DNA from: Octopus bimaculoides
Taxonomy: Eukaryota
Assembly: GCF_001194135.2 (NCBI RefSeq)
Contig: NC_068986.1
Span: 43,865,351-43,929,350 of the forward strand
Length of the DNA: 64,000 nt
Direction of reading: 5' to 3'
In this document: one piece after another, positions 51,911-63,671 of the stretch
Layout of the letters: every line of letters begins with the position of its first letter
Position numbering within the stretch: the stretch's first letter is position 1
The notes under the pieces: model-generated
Told to the model about the DNA's origin: nothing
The model's input: only the letters and a program-made list of their open reading frames with translations
Database searches by the model: none
Made by a program: the position numbers and the translations under genes

Positions 51911-52524
51911 TAGTACTGGTGACAGGTCTATTTTATTTCAGACATAGCGTGGAATATTTAACATCATTGTTGCTGTTTAAAACTCAGATAAGCCTTGATC
52001 TATCAGACCTAAGATCAAGGCTTTATGGCCATAACCATCTGGGTTTTTTGTACATCTAGGAGCATATATTCCAATATATCATTCCTTATTTTAGAAGATA
52101 GGATATTATTTGAGGGAGATTCAATTACTATATCTAACTGCTCGAAGGACCGCGGAGATGCTCTATTGCTAGTTCTATGTAACAGTATTTATTAGGGAAG
52201 CTATACTAAAGTCTCTTTCTTGTTGATGGAAAGAAACCTAACATATCTAGGAGAAAGAAAATTAAAGATGCGATGCATATGTCCTTTCCAACTGTAGTTA
52301 AGTTGAAATAGTTACACAGGAATTTAACCCCTTTAATGATGTGGACGTCGTAAACACAATTCTATTTTCCAGTACTTTCCTACAATATATCCAACTGCTT
52401 CTCAAAAGTTTATGAGAGGACGTTGTCATAGCAGTACCAGATAAAATACTCGTCAGTTAAAGTGTCATTCTCTTGATCGTTACAGTAATGAGCAATTCTT
52501 CCTCGTGGCACCTATTTACAGTTT

Positions 52525-52548
52525 ATGTCTTGATATTAAGGCTTAAAG

Positions 52549-52611
<63 letters not shown>

Positions 52612-54725
52612 NNNNNNNNNNNNNNNNNNNNNNNNNNNNNNNNNNNNNNNNNNNNNNNNNNNNNNCAATAGACAGTTTCAAATATCAATGTGGATAAGAT
52701 TTCACAAGAGAAAGAGTCTTCACTCAGATATAGAGACTCCATTTTATTTCATTTGTTTTATTTTATTTGGATAAAGTTTTATTAGTTAATGAAGTTGGCA
52801 AACGAACAGGAGACAATGAGAAATCGAGAAAAGACTTTCGTTCTTGTCGAGAGCATGGTAATGTTTCTAGTACTGGTGCGTCTTTAAAATGTATCCAATA
52901 AACTCTATTAAGAGTATTCAGCTATATAAAGCGTTCACAATTAGCCAATGCTATTAGCTATTCAATATGACATGTATTCAGTCATATTGAGGTTACATAC
53001 AGTTGGCAATGAAAGAGTGAGTTTTGACGGCGACAAGATCAGTTTAGAAAACTATTTTATTTTAAACCGAGATGAGAAGCAATACTTGAGTTAGTGATGG
53101 CATGTCTAAAACAGGGATCGTTAAAATGCTAAATAGACATAGATGTACGAAGAAGAAAAACAATCAAATCCATGACTAATGTTATTTTAATCATTTCGAT
53201 CAATACGGGAAAGTTTCGGCATGTTTCTATCTTATTATACAAGAAGTCATCAGCGAAGCAGTGACCTCCATAAGATAAAAAATAATCTTTGTTTTTGCAT
53301 CTTAAAACAGGGTTTATGTTTGAAAGGTATTTATTGTAGCTTGAAGTATCTAGATATTCGCGAGAAGAAATAAACATTTAACTCTGACGGAAGAAATTGT
53401 TAGACCTTATTTCCAAATATTTACTAGACGTATGGATGATAAAAAGAATATCGAAAGGAGACGAAATTGCTCAAAACCAGCAGCTATGGGACGAACCAAA
53501 GGACTCAAGTGTGTATCTGAGTAACTGAAAGGCGTTTTCCAAGCTTGTGTTTTGTTTTAAGTTTTGAACGAATCAACCGATCAATACTTCTGTGAGAGGG
53601 ATAGATAACATTTTAGCGTCCATGAAGAACTTGTTGACTTGGTTTGCTTCATATACAAAAAAGAAACAGGGAATCCGGCATATTTTACAAAGTTAAGTCA
53701 TATTTGGAAAATTTGAAAGTCAGTTTCGGACCAACGGTGCTCCGTTGATGATCTGTAAAGCTGGTGGACTATAACATTACTTAAGGTCTTTTCAGATCGT
53801 TTTTACAAATATATCACTAAGATTATACACCAAAAAATGTTGTGTGAAAAAACTTTAACCTTATATCGTATCATGCTAACGATTATGAAATGCACGAGTT
53901 AAGTAAAAGCAAAAGCGTTAAGCGCGAATTTAAAGAATATTGCGAAAGATTTGGAATATGGCAATATTTATCCTGTAGAGTAAAGTACAGCGTAACTCTA
54001 GAAGGACAGGTTTCGAGTAGATTTTTGAAAAGTGAAAAATACTCTTCATTTCTAGAAAAAGGAAATGAACATCCAACGAAAGTGTCCCTTTATCTGATAA
54101 CAATTGTTAGTTTGATTGGGCACTTTTATTTCATGTAACTTTATAAATTCTTAAATCTGAAACGGCAACACAAGAACAAATCTTTTCCAAGCTTAGTGTG
54201 GGTATATCTCTTAGTAACTTTATAAATTCCTAAGTATGTAACAAATTAAATTAATGTCTTGATATTAAGGCTTAAAGCATGTGTGTGTGTNNNNNNNNNN
54301 NNNNNNNNNNNNNNNNNNNNNNNNNNNNNNNNNNNNNNNNNNNNNNNNNNNNNNNNNNNNNNNNNNNNNNNNNNNNNNNNNNNNNNNNNNNNNNNNNNNN
54401 NNNNNNNNNNNNNNNNNNNNNNNNNNNNNNNNNNNNNNNNNNNNNNNNNNNNNNNNNNNNNNNNNNNNNNNNNNNNNNNNNNNNNNNNNNNNNNNNNNNN
54501 NNNNNNNNNNNNNNNNNNNNACTCAGATATAGAGACTCCATTTTATTTCATTTATTTTATTTTATTTGGATAAAGTTTTATTAGTTAATGAAGTTGGCAA
54601 ACGAACAGGAGACAATGAGAAATCGAGAAAAGACTTTCGTTCTTGTCGAGAGCATGGTAATGTTTCTAGTACTGGTGCTTCTTTAAAATGTATCCAATAA
54701 ACTCTATTAAGAGTATTCAGCTATA
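52525..54725 (+). repeat. Near-identical direct duplication (52525-52926 and 54254-54725), each copy spanning a (TG)n-flanked gap
   Basis: Both copies carry ATGTCTTGATATTAAGGCTTAAAGCATGTGTG and ACTCAGATATAGAGACTCC..AAGAGTATTCAGCTATA. I see two substitutions in about 205 bp. Confidence 0.9.
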
Positions 54726-56589
54726 GAAACCGCACCAAAAATGAAACGTATAAGTAAATATGATCATGTGATCCATGTAAGAATGGAGAACAGTAACACG
54801 GAATAACGACTACGTAGACTCGTCCAACCCGTGCATGAAAAGCAAGCATAAAAATGATTGGAAAAATAGTAGGTGGCGGCGGCGGTGGCGGAGGTGGTGA
54901 AACGGTTCAGATATGGGACAGAGAGACCATGTCATTGATGAGATCGCGAATGGCGACGAAAGGGTTTTGATAGACCTTGCTGATGAATTGATTGACCGAA
55001 TGATTAATCGTACAGCCAATGTGTATCCTGAACTATATTATCCAATAGACTCTCCTTTTAAGACTTTAGATTGCTATTTCTTTTGGTCGCTGATCGACAA
55101 CTATATAAATGCTTCTTCCTGTCTATAATTTGCACAAGTGCGAGAAGTTTTATAATAATATTTTGCAATGATAACGATTCCTTTGTGTGCCTTGTGGGGG
55201 TAACGTTCTCATACAGACGGCATTTTAATTTCACTGTTGTTACACAAGGTTTTACCCAATCAGAAATTTTGGGCTCAAAGACACGTAGACTGCAAGCCAT
55301 TCTGATTGGTTCAATAAAAATGCGTAATCCGTTTTGATTCACCATTGTCACGTGTGCTATTTTAACCCAATCAGATACTGGTATGGAAACCTAGTTTTGA
55401 CTATATTAAGCAGGTGAGAAATTTGTTCAAAACTTCTCTCTCTCTCTCTCTCTCTGTCTGCGTATTTGCTTCAGACTAGTTTCTTTCTTGTGCCGGCAGT
55501 TATAGATAAGTTCTCTCTTTTTCGCTTTTATTTAGCTAGCGGTCAGCTTCTAACTTCAGCCTCAAAAGAATACAATCATGTTAAATCACGAGGTATCACG
55601 ATTGTCATAGACAAACCATGCCCCGCAGTGAATAACACTCTTAATAGCAAATTACCTTGAATTTTTACTGCGACTCACCTGGTAATGAACCATATCTCAT
55701 GCAACCCGCTTCTCGAGAAAAGGTTGTCCATGTCTGCTTTAAACTGAACGAGAAACCATTTTTCCGACATAACTTCTACCTGTTTAAAATCACACATGTT
55801 GTTTACGTTCTTTCCTTGCTACTGTCAGTTATCTGACTACACACACACACACATATTTACTTTCATCAACACGTATGTTTACTACACACATATTATTCAA
55901 TTAACTTTCTAACACTAAAGTGAGTATGTGTGTGTGTGCGCGCGCGCGCATGCATGCGTATGTGCATGTGCGTGTGCGTGTGTGTCAGTGTGTATATTTT
56001 CCATAGCACGTTTCTACAACGTCTAATTAACTTATCGAAGTACATCATCACAAGCTCATTTATTTAAACTTTACCTTGATCGATGAGACAAATTAGGATC
56101 TGAAATTTTCCTTTCCTATTTCGTTCTGTAATTCGCTGTCCTATTTCATTTTGTAATTCGCAAAGTATGCGTTGCGCAATTATTACAGCATTATTCTAAC
56201 AACAAGATGTTGAAATCCATTATTGCTACTAATTAGAAAATAAAAGGATGAACCAAAAACTTTCGAACAAAACTCACGCTAAATACTTCTCGTTTGGAAC
56301 AACGTAACAAGTACATGTATACCTAAGTTTGCACATTTGGGCAAACTTTGAATACAATAACAGCAATGAAATTTTCAATGTTATCACCACTGAACAGCAA
56401 CTGCCCCAGTTTTTTTGGGGGGGGGGGAGTCAAAAGGGTTAAAGCTGTTTTCTTTTAGTTTGTCGATTTAGCTTGCTGACATTTTTTTTTTCACGCTTTA
56501 AAACCAACTTTTGCTTCCGTTACTTCACTTTGTTAGCCAGCAGCCATTTTGCGATACAACGATCAACAATTATATGGAACGTTGGCCAT

Positions 56590-56968
56590 AGGCAAGCATG
56601 TTTGTGTAATTAAGAAACTCGCTTTACAACCACATTATTTCAGGTTCAGTCCCATTCCGGGGTACCTTGGACAAGTGTCTTCCACTATAGCCTAGACGAC
56701 CAATGCCTTCAGAGGAAATTTTGTCGACGGGAAGTGAGGAACCCCATCGTGTGTGTGTGTGTGTCTGTGTGTCTGTGTGAGTGTCCGCGTCCATCCATCC
56801 GACCACTTGACAACCAGTATTGGTTTGCTTACATCTTTAAAAGAGACCGACAGAATAAATACCAAACTTAAAAATTAGTTCTGGGGTCGATTTATGCGAC
56901 TAAAACTCTTCAAGGTGGAGCCCCCTGCATGGCCGCAGTTCAATGACTGATACGAGTAAAAGAGAAAA
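56590..56968 (+). mobile_element. SINE family D copy
   Basis: GGTTCAGTCCCA..CCTTGGACAAGTGTCTTCCACTATAGCC head, (TG)n middle and GGGGTCGATTT..GCATGGCCGCAGTTCAATGACTGA tail. Confidence 0.8.
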
Positions 56969-57058
56969 CAAAGTCAATAGGAACACAACAATTCCACCAT
57001 TATCTCTTACACACGGTAACTCGAACACAAAAATAAACCACAAATGTAATATTTCTAT

Positions 57059-57310
57059 CCCTGGCATATGGCGTAGTGGTTAAGAGCACGGGCTACTAAC
57101 CCCAAGATTCCTAGTTCGATTCCAGGCAGTGACCTGAATAATAATAATAATAATAATAACAACAACAACAACATCGAAAAATACCTTAGGAATGAGAACC
57201 CAGGTTCGAAATTTCCCCCAAGACACCTGATGAAGGCTGGAGGGTGTATCAGCTGAAAAGTGTTAACAACAAACAAGATGAGGACAAATATCCGTCAATT
57301 GTAAATAATG
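57059..57310 (+). mobile_element. tRNA-headed SINE-like element with (AAT)n/(AAC)n middle and a degenerate hammerhead tail
   Basis: A-box TGGCGTAGTGG (57069-57079) and B-box AGTTCGATTCC (57113-57123). GACAC-CTGATGA-A-GGCTGG..TCAGCT-GAAA-A-GTGTT at 57222-57264. TSD TATTTCTAT at 57050-57058 and 57311-57319. Confidence 0.75.
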
Positions 57311-57740
57311 TATTTCTATTCCTGTACAGAATTAAAAAAACAAATGCATTAAGAATTGTAGAATTACGGAAGTAATTCTTGGTTTATGAAAATAGATGAT
57401 AACACGGACAATTTTTCTGTTCCATTAATTCTTCCTAAAAAGACAAGTCATATTTTTTCATTGTAATTAATCATTCCCACTTATTAACAATTTTAATCAA
57501 GTAGTTTTATTATTTTCTTTTTCTCTCGAATGATTCCATAACATATTCAGTGCTGACTTTACAAACGTACACATGTATGCACATATTCATCAAAACTGAC
57601 AGAATACAAACAAAAAAAGTAGTTATACGACTGAACAGCAACAGACATTTTGCAGTCTAGTCTGCAATTTTCACAGCAGTTTCACCCATAAATTATCCTT
57701 CATTTAGAGAACATAGTTGTATGAAAGAAAACCATGTAGG

Positions 57741-58162
57741 TATCTTTTACCTTTTACTTTTTTCAATCACTTGATTGCGGCCATGCTGGGGCACCACCTC
57801 GAAACGTTTTAGTCGAACAAATCGACCCAGGATTTATTTTAAACCTAATACTTATTCTATCAGTCTTTTTGTCGAACCTCTAAGTTACGGGGACTTAAAC
57901 ACACCAACACCAGTTGTCAAGCAGTGGTGGGGGACAAGCAGACACAAAGGCGCGCGCGCACACACACACATATATATACATGTGTGTGTGTGTGTTTACG
58001 ACGAGTTTCTTTCAGTTTCTGTCTACCAAATCCACTCGCAAAGTTTTGGTCGGCCTGAGGCTATAGAAGACACTTGCTCAAGGTGCCACGCGGTGGGATT
58101 GAACACCACAGAACCATGTGATTGACAGGTAAGCTTCTTACCACACAGCCACGCCTGCGCCT
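57741..58162 (-). mobile_element. SINE family D copy
   Basis: Collinear with 48001-48441. Confidence 0.85.
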
Positions 58163-58877
58163 ATATTTGCAAAATGCAAAGAACTATCATTGTTCGTTTG
58201 ACCTTTAAATTGCAGACCCACTTATGTGAAAGCTCATACGATGTTCATTTTCTATAGACTTGTATGAAAGAATATCTTACACGACTCACACGCAGACCTC
58301 ACTTGCAGCTAATGCACATAGCATGGTCGTTTGGTTGCATACTTACACATCATGCAGATATCGCCTTTGATGATGCAAGTATGTTTCTACTAAGTAATTT
58401 TATGTTTCTACCAAGTATTTTCTTTCTAAATCTCCAGTTGGTTTTCGCTAACTGATGTTTTATATCATCAATTGCTGCTTCCTTAGTAATCAAGAAAGTT
58501 AATGTGTTCTCACGCAAACAGTATTTTAATTTCCTCCATTGTCATATGCGATATTTTATCCAATCAAGTATTTTGCTCAAATACTAGTCTTGAACCATTT
58601 TTGGATAGTTCAACAAAAATACATGATCATTTTAGATTCATTGTCGTCACAGGAGTTATTTTGCCCAATGAAAAATTTAAGCCAATCAGAAACTAGTCTG
58701 TAAAGCCTGATTTTGACCATATCAAGCAAGTAAAAATTTATTACCCATTCACTATTCATGATTCGTTCCAGACCGAACAAGTTGCCCCTCTTTTCTCATA
58801 CCAGTAGTTATAGCTAAGCTCTCACATTCTCTCTCGTTTGGCTAGCCCTCGGTATTTTGTTTCAGCCATAACACAAT

Positions 58878-59210
58878 TGTTGTTGGCACTCCGTCGCTTA
58901 CGACGTCGAATGTTCCAGTTGATCCGATCAGACACGTGTACCCTTAACGTAGTTCTCGGGGATATTCAGCGTGACACAGTGTGACAAGGCTGAGCCTTTG
59001 AATTACAAGCACAACAGAAACAGGAAGCAAGAGTGAGAGAAAGTTGTGGTGAGAGAGTACAGCAGGGTTCGCCACAATCCCCTGCCAGAGCCTCGTGGAG
59101 CTTTAGGTGTTTTCGCTCAATAAACACTCACAACGCCCGGTCTGGGAATCGAAACCGTGATCCTATGACCGCGAGTCCGCTGCCCTAACCACTGGGCCAT
59201 TGCGCCTCCA
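58878..59210 (-). mobile_element. SINE family B copy with an internal deletion of about 50 bp
   Basis: Highly similar to 44061-44450. TSD CCATAACACAAT at 58866-58877 and 59211-59222. Confidence 0.9.
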
Positions 59211-60066
59211 CCATAACACAATAGAAAGTACTTTAAACTGAACGAGAAATTGTCCTCGCAGAATATCTTCTACNNNNNNNNNNNNNNNNNNNNNNNNNNN
59301 NNNNNNNNNNNNNNNNNNNNNNNNNNNNNNNNNNNNNNNNNNNNNNNNNNNNNNNNNNNNNNNNNNNNNNNNNNNNNNNNNNNNNNNNNNNNNNNNNNNN
59401 NNNNNNNNNNNNNNNNNNNNNNNNNNNNNNNNNNNNNNNNNNNNNNNNNNNNNNNNNNNNNNNNNNNNNNNNNNNNNNNNNNNNNNNNNNNNNNNNNNNN
59501 NNNNNNNNNNNNNNNNNNNNNNNNNNNNNNNNNNNNNNNNNNNNNNNNNNNNNNNNNNNNNNNNNNNNNNNNNNNNNNNNNNNNNNNNNNNNNNNNNNNN
59601 NNNNNNNNNNNNNNNNNNNNNNNNNNNNNNNNNNNNNNNNNNNNNNNNNNNNNNNNNNNNNNNNNNNNNNNNNNNNNNNNNNNNNNNNNNNNNNNNNNNN
59701 NNNNNNNNNNNNNNNNNNNNNNNNNNNNNNNNNNNNNNNNNNNNNNNNNNNNNNNNNNNNNNNNNNNNNNNNNNNNNNNNNNNNNNNNNNNNNNNNNNNN
59801 NNNNNNNNNNNNNNNNNNNNNNNNNNNNNNNNNNNNNNNNNNNNNNNNNNNNNNNNNNNNNNNNNNNNNNNNNNNNNNNNNNNNNNNNNNNNNNNNNNNN
59901 NNNNNNNNNNNNNNNNNNNNNNNNNNNNNNNNNNNNNNNNNNNNNNNNNNNNNNNNNNNNNNNNNNNNNNNNNNNNNNNNNNNNNNNNNNNNNNNNNNNN
60001 NNNNNNNNNNNNNNNNNNNNNNNNNNNNNNNNNNNNNNNNNNNNNNNNNNNNNNNNNNNNNNNNNN

Positions 60067-60104
<38 letters not shown>

Positions 60105-60109
<5 letters not shown>

Positions 60110-60300
60110 AATGCTGACAGTTCCATAAAGAAGTGCCAATCTCTCAAAGTGGATGGGACATGTGGAAGTGGGAGACCTAGAAAGACATGGGATGAAGTAC
60201 TGCAGAACGACCTCAGGGCGCTGAACCTTCCAGGTGAGATGACAAAGGAATGAGATACCGGGCACCTTTCTGTACTCAAGAAGACCCATACTAGCACCAG
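60105..60300 (+). mobile_element. RTE-clade LINE 3' end
   Basis: KKCQSLKVDGTCGSGRPRKTWDEVLQNDLRALNL. Confidence 0.75.
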
Positions 60301-60981
60301 AAATGTTAAGACTGATCCTTTTGGTGGCATAAACCACTTGTGGCAGTGTCATGTAAAAGCGCCCATGCAGCAACACAAAAAAGCACCCATGCGGCAACAC
60401 ACAAAAGCACCCGTGCATCCTGCTATCTTAAGAATTGAATGGTAATTTGAATAATATAATCCTGGATGCACTTTGTCAGAAAACAGAAAGTGGAATGGTT
60501 GTGACTGCAAAAACTTTGACCGTAGGTATGCTTCACTGAAGTAGATTTTCTGAAAGTGGATGCCCCTCTCTGTCATCAAAACCTCACTTGTTTGCCCATC
60601 ACCAAATATATTTTCAGGGAAATTTGGAAACAAATGATATCCTTGTATGACGGTGAGATTCTCTCATTAACAACTATCACATTATGCACTAGACTAAACA
60701 TTTAGTTATAATGGTTCTGCCAGCTCACTGTTTTGAGAGTTAAATAACACGAACAACAACAATAACAGCTCTTCCTTATCATAATATTTTGTTTTCTATG
60801 TAGATAATTAAAGAAAAGCATTGGGGTTTTTGGGGGGGTTTTTTGCCACTTCTGCAAAAGTCAGTCTCCAAGACAAAAGTATAACAATAATTAGGGGTGC
60901 TTGACAAAACAAAAACAGAATGAAAGAAAATATGTTTATAATGGAAAAACATACAACGCAAATATCAATGGGTGGAAATGA

Positions 60982-60987
60982 TTTAAT
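60982..60987 (-). terminator. Candidate CPSF1 polyadenylation signal (ATTAAA variant)
   Basis: Minus-strand ATTAAA about 430 nt after the stop, followed by a GU/U-rich tract (plus-strand 60900-60958). I saw no minus-strand AATAAA between the stop and the gap at 60066. Confidence 0.4.
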
Positions 60988-61108
60988 GAATCAATTCATG
61001 TGTAAACATTTAGGGCCCCTATGGAATGTTTAAACCAATCATATATATATACACACTCACATATGTGTACAACTGTACATATGTATTTGATTGTGACTTT
61101 ATATAAGA

Positions 61109-61143
<35 letters not shown>

Positions 61144-61413
61144 ACAGTGAATAACTGGTTATGTATCTATGTGGTTCCATAACTGCGTATGTGTAAGAAA
61201 CTGTGGTAAGAGTATTTGTGCTTTTGTGTAAAGTGTGTTGTGTGTGTGTGTGTGTGTGTGTAATCATCCTTGCAAGCTTTCACAAGCTGCCATAGAAACC
61301 CATAAAGTCAGTTGAATGATGATGAAGCATCATTGTAGTTGTTATAATATATCACCATCAGACAGATGACAAAAAAATGGAAAGAAGACAACAACAACAA
61401 CAACAATGCCGCT

Positions 61414-61461
61414 TTAGAAATGAGAGCTCAAATGGTCGATTTCCATCAAATCATCAATAAT
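61414..61461 (-). CDS. CPSF1: CPSF1 (CPSF 160 kDa subunit) last coding exon: IIDDLMEIDHLSSHF*
   Basis: Acceptor TCTTTTCAG|ATT, phase 0. Matches the CPSF1 C-terminus (human ILDDLLETDRVTAHF*) and joins the upstream exon in frame. Confidence 0.92.
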   Translation of the reverse strand: MIDDLMEIDHLSSHF

Positions 61462-61616
61462 CTGAAAAGACAGAATTGATGAATATTATATAATTTTATT
61501 GATAAAAATATAAAATAATATTTTACATTTTTTATGAATTACAATAGAAATTCAAATAAAAAAAAGACTTATAATGTTATAGAAGCTACTTGGAATAGAT
61601 ATTTACATTTAATATA

Positions 61617-62470
61617 TGGTGTTAGGAAGGGCACCCAGCTGTAGAAACTCTGCCAAATCAGATTGGAGGCTGGTGTAGCCTTCTGGTTCGCCAGTCCTCA
61701 GTCAAATCGTCCAACCCATGCTAGCATGGAAAGCGGGTGTTATACGATGATGATGATCTCATATGCTAATAATTCTCACAAACTGTATTCTTCTATCTCT
61801 ACCCAGCAAAAGTACACTAGCAAGTGCACCTATTCGTGTGTTTGTGTGTGTGTGTATGGTTGAGGAGGTGGTTTCTCAGCCATGTAGTCCTGGGTTCAGT
61901 AGCACTGTGTAGCACCAAGAGCAAATCTCTTTTACTATAACCCTGGGTCAACCAAAGCTTTGTGAGCAGATTTGGTAGATGGAGAGTGGAAAGAAGATCA
62001 TCATCATCATCATCACCACTGTTTAACGTTTGCCTTTCATATTGGCATAGGTGGGACAGTTTGACAGGAGCCAGCCAGGTAGGAGCCCACACTAAACTTC
62101 TGTGTCTGTTTTGCCAGGGTTTTTACAGCTGGATGCCCTTCCTAGGTTTGAAATCATCTGCATTAAGTGTGCGATATCTAAACTTTGTTAATTTAGAAAG
62201 TAAATACAATCTTCTGAGGAAGAAATCATCATCATTAGCAGCAGCAGCATCGTTTAGTGTCCATTTTCTATGCTGGCAAGGTTTGGACAGTTTTACGGGA
62301 ACTGGCAAGGCGAGGAACCACACCAGGTACCATGTGCTGTTTTGGCATGGTTTCTATGGCTGGATGCCATTCCTAACACCAACCACTTTATAGAGTATAC
62401 TGGGTGCTTTTTACATGGCACCATCACCAGTGCTTTTTATGTGGCCCCATCACCCACACCAATGTGGCAG
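61617..62470. mobile_element. Cluster of SINE fragments in the last CPSF1 intron
   Basis: (CAT)n-linked family (GTTTAACGT..CATGCTGGCA.GG.TTGGAC.GTTT) at about 61617-61760 (-), 62000-62140 (+) and 62225-62470 (+). A family D head lies at about 61862-61990. Confidence 0.65.
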
Positions 62471-62521
62471 CAATAGCAGCATTTTAACACTTTTTCTATG
62501 ATTACATTTTATTATCATCAT

Positions 62522-62725
62522 TATGGCCAGGTTCCAACCTGAGCTGCATCAACAAAGACTACCTTTCACACTTCTCAGTCCATCATCACTGCCTCAAAGT
62601 CCTGGATACACTCCGGGCCATTGTCTGCAATCAAGTTGTCAATGTAAGTGTGATAACATTTTCCTCTTCTTACATCACTATGAAGTGAGTTCCACAAGAC
62701 TAATTTGGATGCTTCCAGTTCAGTA
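62522..62725 (-). mobile_element. RTE-clade LINE 3' end
   Basis: SKLVLWNSLHSDVRRGKCYHTYIDNLIADNG..EAVMMD resembles the RTE tail LVLW.P.HG...RGRP..TYID.L..DTG. Confidence 0.6.
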
Positions 62726-63025
62726 TGGCACTTGCAGTGACCAAATGATCACAACCGTCTTTACCTGCCTTTCTTATTTGCCAGCAAAGATAGGCAAATC
62801 TGACCCATGTTTACATGGTTCAGACAAAGTCAGTGACTCAGATTTTCTATGGCAAGACGATCTTTCTGTTACCAACCCTCAGCTGTTTCCAGGCAAGGTA
62901 ATACTTTGTCCTAATCCAGAGAGGTTTCAATGAAAGGTTGCAAACATATGCCACTTATATTATGGTGAAGTTTGTTTACAATCAGCATGCAATGCTGAGG
63001 CAAGGCAATACACACACATACATGC

Positions 63026-63057
<32 letters not shown>

Positions 63058-63067
63058 NNNNNNNNNN

Positions 63068-63104
<37 letters not shown>

Positions 63105-63532
63105 CAAAAGAATGCATTTTGATCAAATCCCCAATGAGTTAACATGGGATCTCTGAACAACAATGTAAACTTCACATAATCAAGGTATCCTTGGCCTGAA
63201 GAGTAGCTTACGGTCTCACTTCCAAGGTTCCGCTAACATATGTAGCCTGGATTTTATCTACTCCATTCCCTAATTTTTAGATGTTTATTCACATATACAA
63301 CAAACCTTGTTGCTAACCATGAACTATAAAATTAACTTTTTTCAGCTTATACTTCAATACTGCAAAAATTCACAACCTTCTGCACCAATAAACCACTTTT
63401 GTTACTAAAAGTTGTTTTCTATATCTTCTATGGATTGCTTGAAGCTAACTAACTTCCTACACCTTGATCCTTGGATCTTACCTTTACATATATATATAAA
63501 TAAATAAATAAATAAATAAATACGAAACTCAC

Positions 63533-63671
63533 TTGATCAACAGTAATACCGATACGGCGGGCAACTTCACTTTTCTCAATTACACTCAGATTGGTGTATT
63601 TCCACAACAGCTCACCATCAAGAATATTTCGACTGGGGTTGAACAACTCTGGAATAGTGGCCTTCGCAGCC
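63533..63671 (-). CDS. CPSF1: CPSF1 penultimate coding exon: (R)AAKATIPELFNPSRNILDGELLWKYTNLSVIEKSEVARRIGITVDQ
   Basis: Acceptor TTTCCTTTCAG|G and donor CAA|GTGAGT. Aligns to human CPSF1 [33 protein letters not shown]. Upstream exons lie outside the window. Confidence 0.93.

Larger units (their letters stand above)
3604..63067. other. About ten assembly gaps, almost all bordered by microsatellites
   Basis: N runs at about 3604-4450, 10980-11392, 28144-28219, 29971-30364, 38932-38941, 46193-46224, 52612-52665, 54291-54520, 59274-60066 and 63058-63067. Confidence 0.98.

Noticed and set aside
52324-56442. TTAA|CCCCTTT at 52324 and AAAAGGG|TTAA at 56438 as ends of one 4.1-kb piggyBac, with a weak RMDDKK..RR peptide near 53430
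   Set aside because: The TIR match is only about 6 bp, no catalytic motifs could be recovered, and the region is confounded by the duplication and gaps.
44370-59210. tRNA-like sequences at 44370-44450, 47163-47235, 57060-57130 and 59130-59210
   Set aside because: Each continues into a repeat body with TSDs and has imperfect acceptor stems. They are SINE heads, not tRNA genes.
3587-63175. Long ORFs in the supplied track made of X runs or VC/HT/YI/SL repeats (for example 3587-4537, 10879-11577, 29809-30519, 48900-49286, 59163-60418)
   Set aside because: They are artefacts of N-gaps and microsatellites, not genes.
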